The notes under the pieces are model-generated. The model was not told where the DNA came from, made no database searches, and worked only from the letters and a program-made list of their open reading frames with translations. Below are positions 30,586 through 32,000 of a DNA stretch of 32,000 nucleotides, piece by piece. Both the position numbers and the translations under genes were made by a program. The number at the start of each line of letters is the position of its first letter. The first letter of the stretch is position 1. The DNA is from Buchnera aphidicola str. APS (Acyrthosiphon pisum) (GTDB lineage: Bacteria > Pseudomonadota > Gammaproteobacteria > Enterobacterales > Enterobacteriaceae): the NCBI RefSeq assembly GCF_000009605.1, contig NC_002528.1:90001-122000 (forward strand). Reading direction: 5' to 3'.

Positions 30586-31629
30586 ATGAACTTTCCCTGC
30601 ATATATCATGTTTATAGTATTAGAAAAATAATGTTTCTTGTTATTGTAGCTTGTCTTCCAGGTATTTTTGCCAAGTATTACTTTTTTGGTATTGGTACTT
30701 TGATACAAATTTTTTTTTCTATATTTATTTCTTTAGTACTAGAAATTATTATTTTAAAGATACGTTCTAAAAACATTAAAAATTATTTACAAGATACTTC
30801 TTTAGTTTTAACTTCAGTATTATTTGGAGTTAGTATCCCCCCTTTGCTTCCTTGGTGGATGACAAGTATTGGTTTATTTTTTGCTATTGTTGTTGCTAAG
30901 CATTTATATGGTGGGATTGGTCAAAATATATTTAATCCGGCTATGGTTGGATACGCAGTATTATTAATATCTTTTCCAGTTTATATGAATAATTGGAATG
31001 AAAGAGATTTTTCTTTATCTTTTTTTAATGATTTTAAAAAATCTGCATATATTATTTTTTTTAAAAATGATATAACTACTGTTAGTAGTAGTTATTTAAA
31101 TATTATCCCAGATGCTTTTACAACAGCTACACCTTTAAACAATTTTAAGATTAAATCTCATTTAAAAGATGACTTTTTTCTAAAAGAAAATATTATTAAA
31201 AATAAAGAAGTTTCCATTCAAACTAGTTGGAAATGTATAAATATAAGCTTTTTTTTAGGTGGTATTTTTTTGTTGTTTACAAAAATTATTTGCTGGCGTA
31301 TTCCAATTAGTTTTTTATCCTCTTTAGGAATGTTATCAATTATAACTTATTTTTATTCAAAAGAATTATTTATGTCTCCTCAAGTCCATTTTTTTTCAGG
31401 AGGAACTATGATATGTGCTTTTTTTATTGCTACAGATCCAGTAACTGCTGCTTGTAATAATGTAGGAAAAATAGTTTTTGGTATTATTATCGGTTTTTTA
31501 GTTTGGATTATTCGTAATTATAGTGATTATCCGGATGCAATTGCTTTTTCTGTTTTATTTGCAAACATGACTGTGCCGTTAGTAGATTACTATACAAAAT
31601 CCTCTGGATATGGTCGTAATAATATATGA
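30586..31629 (+). CDS. rnfD: Rnf/Rsx electron transport complex subunit D
   Basis: The 347 aa polytopic membrane protein shares [33 protein letters not shown], the FMN-attachment region [32 protein letters not shown]. It is colinear with E. coli RsxD (352 aa). Its stop overlaps the rnfG ATG (ATGA at 31626-31629). Confidence 0.95.
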
Positions 31630-32000
31630 AAGCATTAAAAAAAATATTAAAACATGCTTGTTTAATGAGTCTTTTTTCCATTATATCTATAGCAGGCATC
31701 ACATTGATAAATAATATAACAAAAAACAAAATTATTAATCAAAAAGAACAAGAAAAAAAAAAATATTAAAAGAAGTTATTCCTTCTAATATATATCATAC
31801 ATTTGAAAAAAAATCATATAAAATCAAAAATAAACTTTTAGGAGATCATAAAATTCATAATTTATGGGTGTTATTTAAAAATAAAAAACCTGTAGCTGCA
31901 ATAGTAGAAACTACAGCTCCTGATGGATATTCTGGTGCCATTAATATGTTAGTTGCAGCATATTTTAATGGAGAAATTATTAATGCAAGAGTGCTATCTC
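31626..32000 (+). pseudogene. rnfG: Rnf/Rsx electron transport complex subunit G, interrupted by a frameshift in an A11 tract and continuing past the window end
   Basis: From ATG 31626 the frame encodes [47 protein letters not shown] and stops at 31767-31769. A different frame, open from 31739, encodes ...KKKILKEVIPSNIYHT...[39 protein letters not shown]. This matches E. coli RsxG ...[35 protein letters not shown]. The frames switch within the A run at 31753-31763. Confidence 0.85.

Noticed and set aside
31508-31729. 73-aa minus-strand ORF
   Set aside because: It is antisense across the rnfD-rnfG junction.

Overview
This is a very AT-rich, tightly packed, housekeeping-only segment typical of a reduced gammaproteobacterial endosymbiont. 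The gene order is tamB-like, ppa, pmbA, rnpB, rsmI/yraL, fabB, talA, tktB, dapE, mini-bamC, dapA, aroC, smrB/yfcN, hisGDCBHAFI, gnd, dcd, metG, tilS/mesJ, tRNA-Val, ribE/ribC, rnfABCDG. From memory, this order and the protein sequences match Buchnera aphidicola; no search was run. Nearly every long ORF is a clear ortholog of a well-known E. coli gene. The only GC-rich islands are two structural RNAs, RNase P RNA and tRNA-Val(GAC).

I see no mobile elements, CRISPR array, defence or toxin cassette, or foreign island. I do not think the window holds a novel multi-gene system. Four observations do deserve a second look:

1. Two genes of the rnf operon, rnfC and rnfG, are each interrupted inside a poly(A) homopolymer. 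In both, exactly one extra A restores a reading frame that lines up with the E. coli protein. They are candidates for rescue by transcriptional slippage, for recent inactivation, or for homopolymer sequencing error.
2. An 84-90 aa lipoprotein ORF sits downstream of dapA. It looks like a miniaturised BamC that keeps only the signal peptide, lipobox and N-terminal BamD-binding segment.
3. A terminator-like hairpin lies just upstream of hisG, with no His-codon leader peptide.
4. A near-consensus rnpB promoter has a -35 element that overlaps the rsmI stop codon.

All homology statements rest on my recall of E. coli sequences and by-eye alignment, so they need confirmation by real alignments.
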